From assembly GCA_040954595.2 (NCBI GenBank), contig CM082583.2:9162254-9226253 (forward strand): DNA of 64,000 nt, in the 5' to 3' direction. The position numbers were made by a program, and so were the translations under genes. This DNA comes from Balanoglossus misakiensis (Eukaryota > Animalia > Hemichordata). A model generated the notes under the pieces. It was not told the DNA's origin. It saw nothing but the letters and a program-made list of their open reading frames with translations, and did no database searches. Every line of letters begins with the position of its first letter. The first letter of the stretch is position 1. Positions 1 to 12,370 of this stretch are shown piece by piece.

Positions 1-3000
1 TGACATTTCTGGATGATTTTCATGAGCTATAACCCATGGTTTTTGTCGAAAAACCACCAAATTTTGAAAATTCGCGAAGTCGAAAAATTGACATTTCTGG
101 ATGATTTTCATGAGCTATAACCCATGGTTTTTGTCGCTAAACCACCAAATTTTGAAATTTCGCGAAGTCGAAAAATTGACATTTCTGGATGATTTTCATG
201 AGCTATAACCCATGGTTTTTGTCGAAAAACCACCAAATTTTGAAAATTCGCAAAGTCGAAAAATTGACATTTCTGGATGATTTTCATGAGCTATAACCCA
301 TGGTTTTTATCAAAAAATCACCAAATTTTGAAAATTCGCAAAGTCGAAAAATCGTCGATTTTTGAAGATTTTCCTGAGCTATAACCCATGGTTTTTATCA
401 AAAAATCACCAAATTTTGAAAATTCGCAAAGTCGAAGAATCGTCGATTTTTTAAGATTTTCCTGAGCTATAACCCATGGTTTTTATCAAAAAATCACCAA
501 ATTTTGAAAATTCGCAAAGTCGAAAAATCGTCGATTTTTGAAGATTTTCCTGAGCTATAACCCATGGTTTTTTATCAAAAAATCACCAAATTTTGAAAAT
601 TCGCAAAGTCGAAAAATCGTCGATTTTTGAAGATTTTCCTGAGCTATAACCCATGGTTTTTATCAAAAAATCACCAAATTTTGAAAATTCGCAAAGTCGA
701 AAAATCGTCGATTTTTGAAGATTTTCCTGAGCTATAACCCATGGTTTTTATCAAAAAATCACCAAATTTTGAAAATTCGCAAAGTCGAAAAATCGTCGAT
801 TTTTGAAGATTTTCCTGAGCTATAACCCATGGTTTTTATCAAAAAATCACCAAATTTTGAAAATTCGCAAAGTCGAAAAATCGTCGATTTTTGAAGATTT
901 TCCTGAGCTATAACCCATGGTTTTTATCAAAAAATCACCAAATTTTGAAAATTCGCAAAGTCGAAAAATCGTCGATTTTTGAAGATTTTCCTGAGCTATA
1001 ACCCATGGTTTTTATCAAAAAATCACCAAATTTTGAAAATTCGCAAAGTCGAAGAATCGTCGATTTTTTAAGATTTTCCTGAGCTATAACCCATGGTTTT
1101 TATCAAAAAATCACCAAATTTTGAAAATTCGCAAAGTCGAAAAATCGTCGATTTTTGAAGATTTTCCTGAGCTATAACCCATGGTTTTTTATCAAAAAAT
1201 CACCAAATTTTGAAAATTCGCAAAGTCGAAAAATCGTCGATTTTTGAAGATTTTCCTGAGCTATAACCCATGGTTTTTATCAAAAAATCACCAAATTTTG
1301 AAAATTCGCAAAGTCGAAAAATCGTCGATTTTTGAAGATTTTCCTGAGCTATAACCCATGGTTTTTATCAAAAAATGACCAAATTTTGAAAATTCGCAAA
1401 GTCGAAAAATCGTCGATTTTTGAAGATTTTCCTGAGCTATAACCCATGGTTTTTATCAAAAAATCACCAAATTTTGAAAATTCGCAAAGTCGAAAAATCG
1501 TCGATTTTTGAAGATTTTCCTGAGCTATAACCCATGGTTTTTATCAAAAAATCACCAAATTTTGAAAATTCGCAAAGTCGAAAAATCGTCGATTTTTGAA
1601 GATTTTCCTGAGCTATAACCCATGGTTTTTATCAAAAAATCACCAAATTTTGAAAATTCGCAAAGTCGAAAAATCGTCGATTTTTGAAGATTTTCCTGAG
1701 CTATAACCCATGGTTTTTATCAAAAAATCACCAAATTTTGAAAATTCGCAAAGTCGAAAAATCGTCGATTTTTGAAGATTTTCCTGAGCTATAACCCATG
1801 GTTTTTTATCAAAAAATCACCAAATTTTGAAAATTCGCAAAGTCGAAAAATCGTCGATTTTTGAAGATTTTCCTGAGCTATAACCCATGGTTTTTATCAA
1901 AAAATCACCAAATTTTGAAAATTCGCAAAGTCGAAAAATCGTCGATTTTTGAAGATTTTCCTGAGCTATAACCCATGGTTTTTATCAAAAAATGACCAAA
2001 TTTTGAAAATTCGCAAAGTCGAAAAATCGTCGATTTTTGAAGATTTTCCTGAGCTATAACCCATGGTTTTTATCAAAAAATCACCAAATTTTGAAAATTC
2101 GCAAAGTCGAAAAATCGTCGATTTTTGAAGATTTTCCTGAGCTATAACCCATGGTTTTTATCAAAAAATCACCAAATTTTGAAAATTCGCAAAGTCGAAA
2201 AATCGTCGATTTTTGAAGATTTTCCTGAGCTATAACCCATGGTTTTTATCAAAAAATCACCAAATTTTGAAAATTCGCAAAGTCGAAGAATCGTCGATTT
2301 TTTAAGATTTTCCTGAGCTATAACCCATGGTTTTTATCAAAAAATCACCAAATTTTGAAAATTCGCAAAGTCGAAAAATCGTCGATTTTTGAAGATTTTC
2401 CTGAGCTATAACCCATGGTTTTTTATCAAAAAATCACCAAATTTTGAAAATTCGCAAAGTCGAAAAATCGTCGATTTTTGAAGATTTTCCTGAGCTATAA
2501 CCCATGGTTTTTATCAAAAAATCACCAAATTTTGAAAATTCGCAAAGTCGAAAAATCGTCGATTTTTGAAGATTTTCCTGAGCTATAACCCATGGTTTTT
2601 ATCAAAAAATGACCAAATTTTGAAAATTCGCAAAGTCGAAAAATCGTCGATTTTTGAAGATTTTCCTGAGCTATAACCCATGGTTTTTATCAAAAAATGA
2701 CCAAATTTTGAAAATTCGCAAAGTCGAAAAATCGTCGATTTTTGAAGATTTTCCTGAGCTATAACCCATGGTTTTTATCAAAAAATCACCGAATTTTGAA
2801 AATTCGCAAAGTCGAAAAATCGTCGATTTTTGAAGATTTTCCTGAGCTATAACCCATGGTTTTTATCAAAAAATCACCAAATTTTGAAAATTCGCAAAGT
2901 CGAAAAATCGTCGATTTTTGAAGATTTTCCTGAGCTATAACCCATGGTTTTTATCAAAAAATGACCAAATTTTGAAAATTCGCAAAGTCGAAAAATCGTC

Positions 3001-6000
3001 GATTTTTGAAGATTTTCCTGAGCTATAACCCATGGTTTTTATCAAAAAATGACCAAATTTTGAAAATTCGCAAAGTCGAAAAATCGTCGATTTTTGAAGA
3101 TTTTCCTGAGCTATAACCCATGGTTTTTATCAAAAAATCACCAAATTTTGAAAATTCGCAAAGTCGAAAAATCGTCGATTTTTGAAGATTTTCCTGAGCT
3201 ATAACCCATGGTTTTTATCAAAAAATCACCAAATTTTGAAAATTCGCAAAGTCGAAAAATCGTCGATTTTTGAAGATTTTCCTGAGCTATAACCCATGGT
3301 TTTTATCAAAAAATCACCAAATTTTGAAAATTCGCAAAGTCGAAAAATCGTCGATTTTTGAAGATTTTCCTGAGCTATAACCCATGGTTTTTGTCGAAAA
3401 ACCACCAAATTTTGAAATTTCGCGAAGTCGAAAAATTGACATTTCTGGATGATTTTCATGAGCTATAACCCATGGTTTTTGTCGAAAAACCACCAAATTT
3501 TGAAATTTCGCGAAGTCGAAAAATTGATATTTCTGGATGATTTTCATGAGCTATAACCCATGGTTTTTGTCGAAAAACCACCAAATTTTGAAACTTCGCG
3601 AAGTCGAAAAATTGACATTTCTGGATGATTTTCATGAGCTATAACCCATGGTTTTTGTCGAAAAACCACCAAATTTTGAAAATTCGCAAAGTCGAAAAAT
3701 CGTCGATTTTTGAAGATTTTCCTGAGCTATAACCCATGGTTTTTATCAAAAAATCACCAAATTTTGAAAATTCGCAAAGTCGAAAAATCGTCGATTTTTG
3801 AAGATTTTCCTGAGCTATAACCCATGGTTTTTTTCAAAAAATCACCAAATTTTGAAATTTCACGAAGTCGAAAAATTGACATTTCTGGATGATTTTCATG
3901 AGCTATAACCCATGGTTTTTGTCGAAAAACCACCAAATTTTGAAATTTCGCGAAGTCGAAAAATTGACATTTCTGGATGATTTTCATGAGCTATAACCCA
4001 TGGTTTTTGTCGAAAAACCACCAAATTTTGAAATTTCGCGAAGTCGAAAAATTGACATTTCTGGATTATTTTCATGAGCTATAACCCATGGTTTTTGTCG
4101 AAAAACCACCAAATTTTGAAATTTCGCGAAGTCGAAAAATTGACATTTCTGGATGATTTTCATGAGCTATAACCCATGGTTTTTGTCGAAAATCGAAGAA
4201 ATTTTGAAAATTCGCAAAGTCGAGAAATTGACATTTCTGGATGATTTTCATGAGCTATAACCCATGGTTTTTATCAAAAAATCACCAAATTTTGAAAATT
4301 CGCAAAGTCGAAAAATCGTCGATTTTTGAAGATTTTCCTGAGCTATAACCCATGGTTTTTATCAAAAAATCACCAAATTTTGAAAATTCGCAAAGTCGAA
4401 AAATCGTCGATTTTTGAAGATTTTCCTGAGCTATAACCCATGGTTTTTATCAAAAAATCACCAACGAAAATTCGCAAAGTCGAAAAATCGTCGATTTTTG
4501 AAGATTTTCCTGAGCTATAACCCATGGTTTTTATCAAAAAATCACCAAATTTTGAAAATTCGCAAAGTCGAAAAATCGTCGATTTTTGAAGATTTTCCTG
4601 AGCTATAACCCATGGTTTTTATCAAAAAATCACAAAATTTTGAAAATTCGCAAAGTCGAAAAATCGTCGATTTTTGAAGATTTTCCTGAGCTATAACCCA
4701 TGGTTTTTATCAAAAAATCACAAAATTTTGAAAATTCGCAAAGTCGAAAAATCGTCGATTTTTGAAGATTTTCCTGAGCTATAACCCATGCTTTTTATCA
4801 AAAAATCACCAAATTTTGAAAATTCGCAAAGTCGAAAAATCGTCGATTTTTGAAGATTTTCCTGAGCTATAACCCATGGTTTTTATCAAAAAATCACCAA
4901 ATTTTGAAAATTCGCAAAGTCGAAAAATCGTCGATTTTTGAAGATTTTCCTGAGCTATAACCCATGGTTTTTATCAAAAAATCACCAAATTTTGAAATTT
5001 CGCGAAGTCGAAAAATTGACATTTCTGGATGATTTTCATGAGCTATAACCCATGGTTTTTGTCGAAAAACCACCAAATTTTGAAATTTCGCGAAGTCGAA
5101 AAATTGACAGTTCTGGATGATTTTCATGAGCTATAACCCATGGTTTTTATCAAAAAATCACCAAATTTTGAAAATTCGCAAAGTCGAAAAATCGTCGATT
5201 TTTGAAGATTTTCCTGAGCTATAACCCATGGTTTTTATCAAAAAATCACCAAATTTTGAAAATTCGCAAAGTCGAAAAATCGTCGATTTTTGAAGATTTT
5301 CCTGAGCTATAACCCATGGTTTTTATCAAAAAATCACCAAATTTTGAAAATTCGCAAAGTCGAAAAATCGTCGATTTTTGAAGATTTTCCTGAGCTATAA
5401 CCCATGGTTTTTATCAAAAAATCACCAAATTTTGAAAATTCGCAAAGTCGAAAAATCGTCGATTTTTGAAGATTTTCCTGAGCTATAACCCATGGTTTTT
5501 TTCAAAAAATCACCAAATTTTGAAATTTTGCGAAGTCGAAAAATTGACATTTCTGGATGATTTTCATGAGCTATAACCCATGGTTTTTGTCGAAAAACCA
5601 CCAAATTTTGAAATTTCGCGAAGTCGAAAAATTGACATTTCTGGATGATTTTCATGAGCTATAACCCATGGTTTTTGTCGAACAACCACCAAATTTTGAA
5701 ATTTTGCGAAGTCGAAAAATTGACATTTCTGGATGATTTTCATGAGCTATAACCCATGGTTTTTGTCGAACAACCACCAAATTTTGAAATTTTGCGAAGT
5801 CGAAAAATTGACATTTCTGGATGATTTTCATGAGCTATAACCCATGGTTTTTGTCGAAAAACCACCAAATTTTGAAATTTCGCGAAGTCGAAAAATTGTC
5901 ATTTCTGGATTATTTTCATGAGCTATAACCCATGGTTTTTGTCGAAAAACCACCAAATTTTGAAATTTCGCGAAGTCGAAAAATTGACATTTCAGGATGA

Positions 6001-9000
6001 TTTTCATGAGCTATAACCCATGGTTTTTGTCGAAAAACCACCAAATTTTGAAATTTCGCGAAGTCGAAAAATTGACATTTCTGGATGATTTTCATGAGCT
6101 ATAACCCATGGTTTTTGTCGAAAAACCACCAAATTTTGAAATTTCGCGAAGTCGAAAAATTGACATTTCTGGATGATTTTCATGAGCTATAACCCATGGT
6201 TTTTGTCGAAAATCGAAGAAATTTTGAAAATTCGCAAAGTCGAGAAATTGACATTTCTGGATGATTTTCATGAGCTATAACCCATGGTTTTTATCAAAAA
6301 ATCACCAAATTTTGAAAATTCGCAAAGTCGAAAAATCGTCGATTTTTGAAGATTTTCCTGAGCTATAACCCATGGTTTTTATCAAAAAATGACCAAATTT
6401 TGAAAATTCGCAAAGTCGAAAAATCGTCGATTTTTGAAGATTTTCCTGAGCTATAACCCATGGTTTTTATCAAAAAATGACCAAATTTTGAAAATTCGCA
6501 AAGTCGAAAAATCGTCGATTTTTGAAGATTTTCCTGAGCTATAACCCATGGTTTTTATCAAAAAATCACCAAATTTTGAAAATTCGCAAAGTCGAAAAAT
6601 CGTCGATTTTTGAAGATTTTCCTGAGCTATAACCCATGGTTTTTATCAAAAAATCACCAAATTTTGAAAATTCGCAAAGTCGAAAAATCGTCGATTTTTG
6701 AAGATTTTCCTGAGCTATAACCCATGGTTTTTATCAAAAAATCACCAAATTTTGAAAATTCGCAAAGTCGAAAAATCGTCGATTTTTGAAGATTTTCCTG
6801 AGCTATAACCCATGGTTTTTGTCGAAAAACCACCAAATTTTGAAATTTCGCGAAGTCGAAAAATTGACATTTCTGGATGATTTTCATGAGCTATAACCCA
6901 TGGTTTTTGTCGAAAAACCACCAAATTTTGAAATTTCGCGAAGTCGAAAAATTGATATTTCTGGATGATTTTCATGAGCTATAACCCATGGTTTTTGTCG
7001 AAAAACCACCAAATTTTGAAACTTCGCGAAGTCGAAAAATTGACATTTCTGGATGATTTTCATGAGCTATAACCCATGGTTTTTGTCGAAAAACCACCAA
7101 ATTTTGAAAATTCGCAAAGTCGAAAAATCGTCGATTTTTGAAGATTTTCCTGAGCTATAACCCATGGTTTTTATCAAAAAATCACCAAATTTTGAAAATT
7201 CGCAAAGTCGAAAAATCGTCGATTTTTGAAGATTTTCCTGAGCTATAACCCATGGTTTTTTTCAAAAAATCACCAAATTTTGAAATTTCACGAAGTCGAA
7301 AAATTGACATTTCTGGATGATTTTCATGAGCTATAACCCATGGTTTTTGTCGAAAAACCACCAAATTTTGAAATTTCGCGAAGTCGAAAAATTGACATTT
7401 CTGGATGATTTTCATGAGCTATAACCCATGGTTTTTGTCGAAAAACCACCAAATTTTGAAATTTCGCGAAGTCGAAAAATTGACATTTCTGGATTATTTT
7501 CATGAGCTATAACCCATGGTTTTTGTCGAAAAACCACCAAATTTTGAAATTTCGCGAAGTCGAAAAATTGACATTTCTGGATGATTTTCATGAGCTATAA
7601 CCCATGGTTTTTGTCGAAAATCGAAGAAATTTTGAAAATTCGCAAAGTCGAGAAATTGACATTTCTGGATGATTTTCATGAGCTATAACCCATGGTTTTT
7701 ATCAAAAAATCACCAAATTTTGAAAATTCGCAAAGTCGAAAAATCGTCGATTTTTGAAGATTTTCCTGAGCTATAACCCATGGTTTTTATCAAAAAATCA
7801 CCAAATTTTGAAAATTCGCAAAGTCGAAAAATCGTCGATTTTTGAAGATTTTCCTGAGCTATAACCCATGGTTTTTATCAAAAAATCACCAACGAAAATT
7901 CGCAAAGTCGAAAAATCGTCGATTTTTGAAGATTTTCCTGAGCTATAACCCATGGTTTTTATCAAAAAATCACCAAATTTTGAAAATTCGCAAAGTCGAA
8001 AAATCGTCGATTTTTGAAGATTTTCCTGAGCTATAACCCATGGTTTTTATCAAAAAATCACAAAATTTTGAAAATTCGCAAAGTCGAAAAATCGTCGATT
8101 TTTGAAGATTTTCCTGAGCTATAACCCATGGTTTTTATCAAAAAATCACAAAATTTTGAAAATTCGCAAAGTCGAAAAATCGTCGATTTTTGAAGATTTT
8201 CCTGAGCTATAACCCATGCTTTTTATCAAAAAATCACCAAATTTTGAAAATTCGCAAAGTCGAAAAATCGTCGATTTTTGAAGATTTTCCTGAGCTATAA
8301 CCCATGGTTTTTATCAAAAAATCACCAAATTTTGAAAATTCGCAAAGTCGAAAAATCGTCGATTTTTGAAGATTTTCCTGAGCTATAACCCATGGTTTTT
8401 ATCAAAAAATCACCAAATTTTGAAATTTCGCGAAGTCGAAAAATTGACATTTCTGGATGATTTTCATGAGCTATAACCCATGGTTTTTGTCGAAAAACCA
8501 CCAAATTTTGAAATTTCGCGAAGTCGAAAAATTGACAGTTCTGGATGATTTTCATGAGCTATAACCCATGGTTTTTATCAAAAAATCACCAAATTTTGAA
8601 AATTCGCAAAGTCGAAAAATCGTCGATTTTTGAAGATTTTCCTGAGCTATAACCCATGGTTTTTATCAAAAAATCACCAAATTTTGAAAATTCGCAAAGT
8701 CGAAAAATCGTCGATTTTTGAAGATTTTCCTGAGCTATAACCCATGGTTTTTATCAAAAAATCACCAAATTTTGAAAATTCGCAAAGTCGAAAAATCGTC
8801 GATTTTTGAAGATTTTCCTGAGCTATAACCCATGGTTTTTATCAAAAAATCACCAAATTTTGAAAATTCGCAAAGTCGAAAAATCGTCGATTTTTGAAGA
8901 TTTTCCTGAGCTATAACCCATGGTTTTTTTCAAAAAATCACCAAATTTTGAAATTTTGCGAAGTCGAAAAATTGACATTTCTGGATGATTTTCATGAGCT

Positions 9001-12000
9001 ATAACCCATGGTTTTTGTCGAAAAACCACCAAATTTTGAAATTTCGCGAAGTCGAAAAATTGACATTTCTGGATGATTTTCATGAGCTATAACCCATGGT
9101 TTTTGTCGAACAACCACCAAATTTTGAAATTTTGCGAAGTCGAAAAATTGACATTTCTGGATGATTTTCATGAGCTATAACCCATGGTTTTTGTCGAACA
9201 ACCACCAAATTTTGAAATTTTGCGAAGTCGAAAAATTGACATTTCTGGATGATTTTCATGAGCTATAACCCATGGTTTTTGTCGAAAAACCACCAAATTT
9301 TGAAATTTCGCGAAGTCGAAAAATTGTCATTTCTGGATTATTTTCATGAGCTATAACCCATGGTTTTTGTCGAAAAACCACCAAATTTTGAAATTTCGCG
9401 AAGTCGAAAAATTGACATTTCAGGATGATTTTCATGAGCTATAACCCATGGTTTTTGTCGAAAAACCACCAAATTTTGAAATTTCGCGAAGTCGAAAAAT
9501 TGACATTTCTGGATGATTTTCATGAGCTATAACCCATGGTTTTTGTCGAAAAACCACCAAATTTTGAAATTTCGCGAAGTCGAAAAATTGACATTTCTGG
9601 ATGATTTTCATGAGCTATAACCCATGGTTTTTGTCGAAAATCGAAGAAATTTTGAAAATTCGCAAAGTCGAGAAATTGACATTTCTGGATGATTTTCATG
9701 AGCTATAACCCATGGTTTTTATCAAAAAATCACCAAATTTTGAAAATTCGCAAAGTCGAAAAATCGTCGATTTTTGAAGATTTTCCTGAGCTATAACCCA
9801 TGGTTTTTATCAAAAAATCACCAAATTTTGAAAATTCGCAAAGTCGAAAAATCGTCGATTTTTGAAGATTTTCCTGAGCTATAACCCATGGTTTTTATCA
9901 AAAAATCACCAAATTTTGAAAATTCGCAAAGTCGAAAAATCGTCGATTTTTGAAGATTTTCCTGAGCTATAACCCATGGTTTTTATCAAAAAATCACCAA
10001 ATTTTGAAAATTCGCAAAGTCGAAAAATCGTCGATTTTTGAAGATTTTCCTGAGCTATAACCCATGGTTTTTATCAAAAAATCACAAAATTTTGAAAATT
10101 CGCAAAGTCGAAAAATCGTCGATTTTTGAAGATTTTCCTGAGCTATAACCCATGGTTTTTATCAAAAAATCACAAAATTTTGAAAATTCGCAAAGTCGAA
10201 AAATCGTCGATTTTTGAAGATTTTCCTGAGCTATAACCCATGCTTTTTATCAAAAAATCACCAAATTTTGAAAATTCGCAAAGTCGAAAAATCGTCGATT
10301 TTTGAAGATTTTCCTGAGCTATAACCCATGGTTTTTATCAAAAAATCACCAAATTTTGAAAATTCGCAAAGTCGAAAAATCGTCGATTTTTGAAGATTTT
10401 CCTGAGCTATAACCCATGGTTTTTATCAAAAAATCACCAAATTTTGAAATTTCGCGAAGTCGAAAAATTGACATTTCTGGATGATTTTCATGAGCTATAA
10501 CCCATGGTTTTTGTCGAAAAACCACCAAATTTTGAAATTTCGCGAAGTCGAAAAATTGACAGTTCTGGATGATTTTCATGAGCTATAACCCATGGTTTTT
10601 ATCAAAAAATCACCAAATTTTGAAAATTCGCAAAGTCGAAAAATCGTCGATTTTTGAAGATTTTCCTGAGCTATAACCCATGGTTTTTATCAAAAAATCA
10701 CCAATTTTTGAAAATTCGCAAAGTCGAAAAATCGTCGATTTTTGAAGATTTTCCTGAGCTATAACCCATGGTTTTTATCAAAAAATCACCAAATTTTGAA
10801 AATTCGCAAAGTCGAAAAATCGTCGATTTTTGAAGATTTTCCTGAGCTATAACCCATGGTTTTTATCAAAAAATCACCAAATTTTGAAAATTCGCAAAGT
10901 CGAAAAATCGTCGATTTTTGAAGATTTTCCTGAGCTATAACCCATGGTTTTTTTCAAAAAATCACCAAATTTTGAAATTTTGCGAAGTCGAAAAATTGAC
11001 ATTTCTGGATGATTTTCATGAGCTATAACCCATGGTTTTTGTCGAAAAACCACCAAATTTTGAAATTTCGCGAAGTCGAAAAATTGACATTTCTGGATGA
11101 TTTTCATGAGCTATAACCCATGGTTTTTGTCGAACAACCACCAAATTTTGAAATTTTGCGAAGTCGAAAAATTGACATTTCTGGATGATTTTCATGAGCT
11201 ATAACCCATGGTTTTTGTCGAAAAACCACCAAATTTTGAAATTTCGCGAAGTCGAAAAATTGACATTTCTGGATGATTTTCCTGAGCTATAACCCATGGT
11301 TTTTATCAAAAAATCACCAAATTTTGAAAATTCGCAAAGTCGAAAAATCGTCGATTTTTGAAGATTTTCCTGAGCTATAACCCATGGTTTTTATCAAAAA
11401 ATCACCAAATTTTGAAATTTCGCGAAGTCGAAAAATTGACATTTCTGGATGATTTTCATGAGCTATAACCCATGGTTTTTGTCGAAAAACCACCAAATTT
11501 TGAAATTTCGCGAAGTCGAAAAATTGACAGTTCTGGATGATTTTCATGAGCTATAACCCATGGTTTTTGTCGAAAAACCACCAAATTTTGAAATTTCGCG
11601 AAGTCGAAAAATTGACATTTATGGATGATTTTCCTGAGCTATAACCCATGGTTTTTATCAAAAAATCACCAAATTTTGAAAATTCGCAAAGTCGAAAAAT
11701 CGTCGATTTTTGAAGATTTTCCTGAGCTATAACCCATGGTTTTTATCAAAAAATCACCAAATTTTGAAAATTCGCAAAGTCGAAAAATCGTCGATTTTTG
11801 AAGATTTTCCTGAGCTATAACCCATGGTTTTTTTCAAAAAATCACCAAATTTTGAAATTTCGCGAAGTCGAAAAATTGACATTTCTGGATGATTTTCATG
11901 AGCTATAACCCATGGTTTTTGTCGAAAATCGAAGAAATTTTGAAAATTCGCAAAGTCGAAAAATTGACATTTCAGGATGATTTTCATGAGCTATAACCCA

Positions 12001-12370
12001 TTTTTTTTGTCGAAAATCGAAGAAATTTTGAAAATTCGCAAAGTCGAAAAATTGACATTTCTGGAAGATTTTCCTGAGCTATAACCCATGGTTTTTATCA
12101 AAAAATCACCGAATTTTGAAAATTCGCAAAGTCGAAAAATCGTCGATTTTTGAAGATTATCCTGAGCTATAACCCATGGTTTTTATCAAAAAATCACCAA
12201 ATTTTGAAAATTCGCAAAGTCGAAAAATCGTCGATTTTTGAAGATTTTACTGAGCTATAACCCATGGTTTTTATCAAAAAATCACCAAATTTTGAAAATT
12301 CGCAAAGTCGAAAAATCGTCGATTTTTGAAGATTTTCCTGAGCTATAACCCATGGTTTTTATCAAAATCA
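1..12370 (+). repeat. Left arm of the 88-bp satellite (~140 monomers, TAACCC orientation)
   Basis: All monomers read ...GAGCTATAACCCATGG... on +. Repeat-derived ORFs (MKIIQK...) fall on the minus strand here. Confidence 0.98.
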
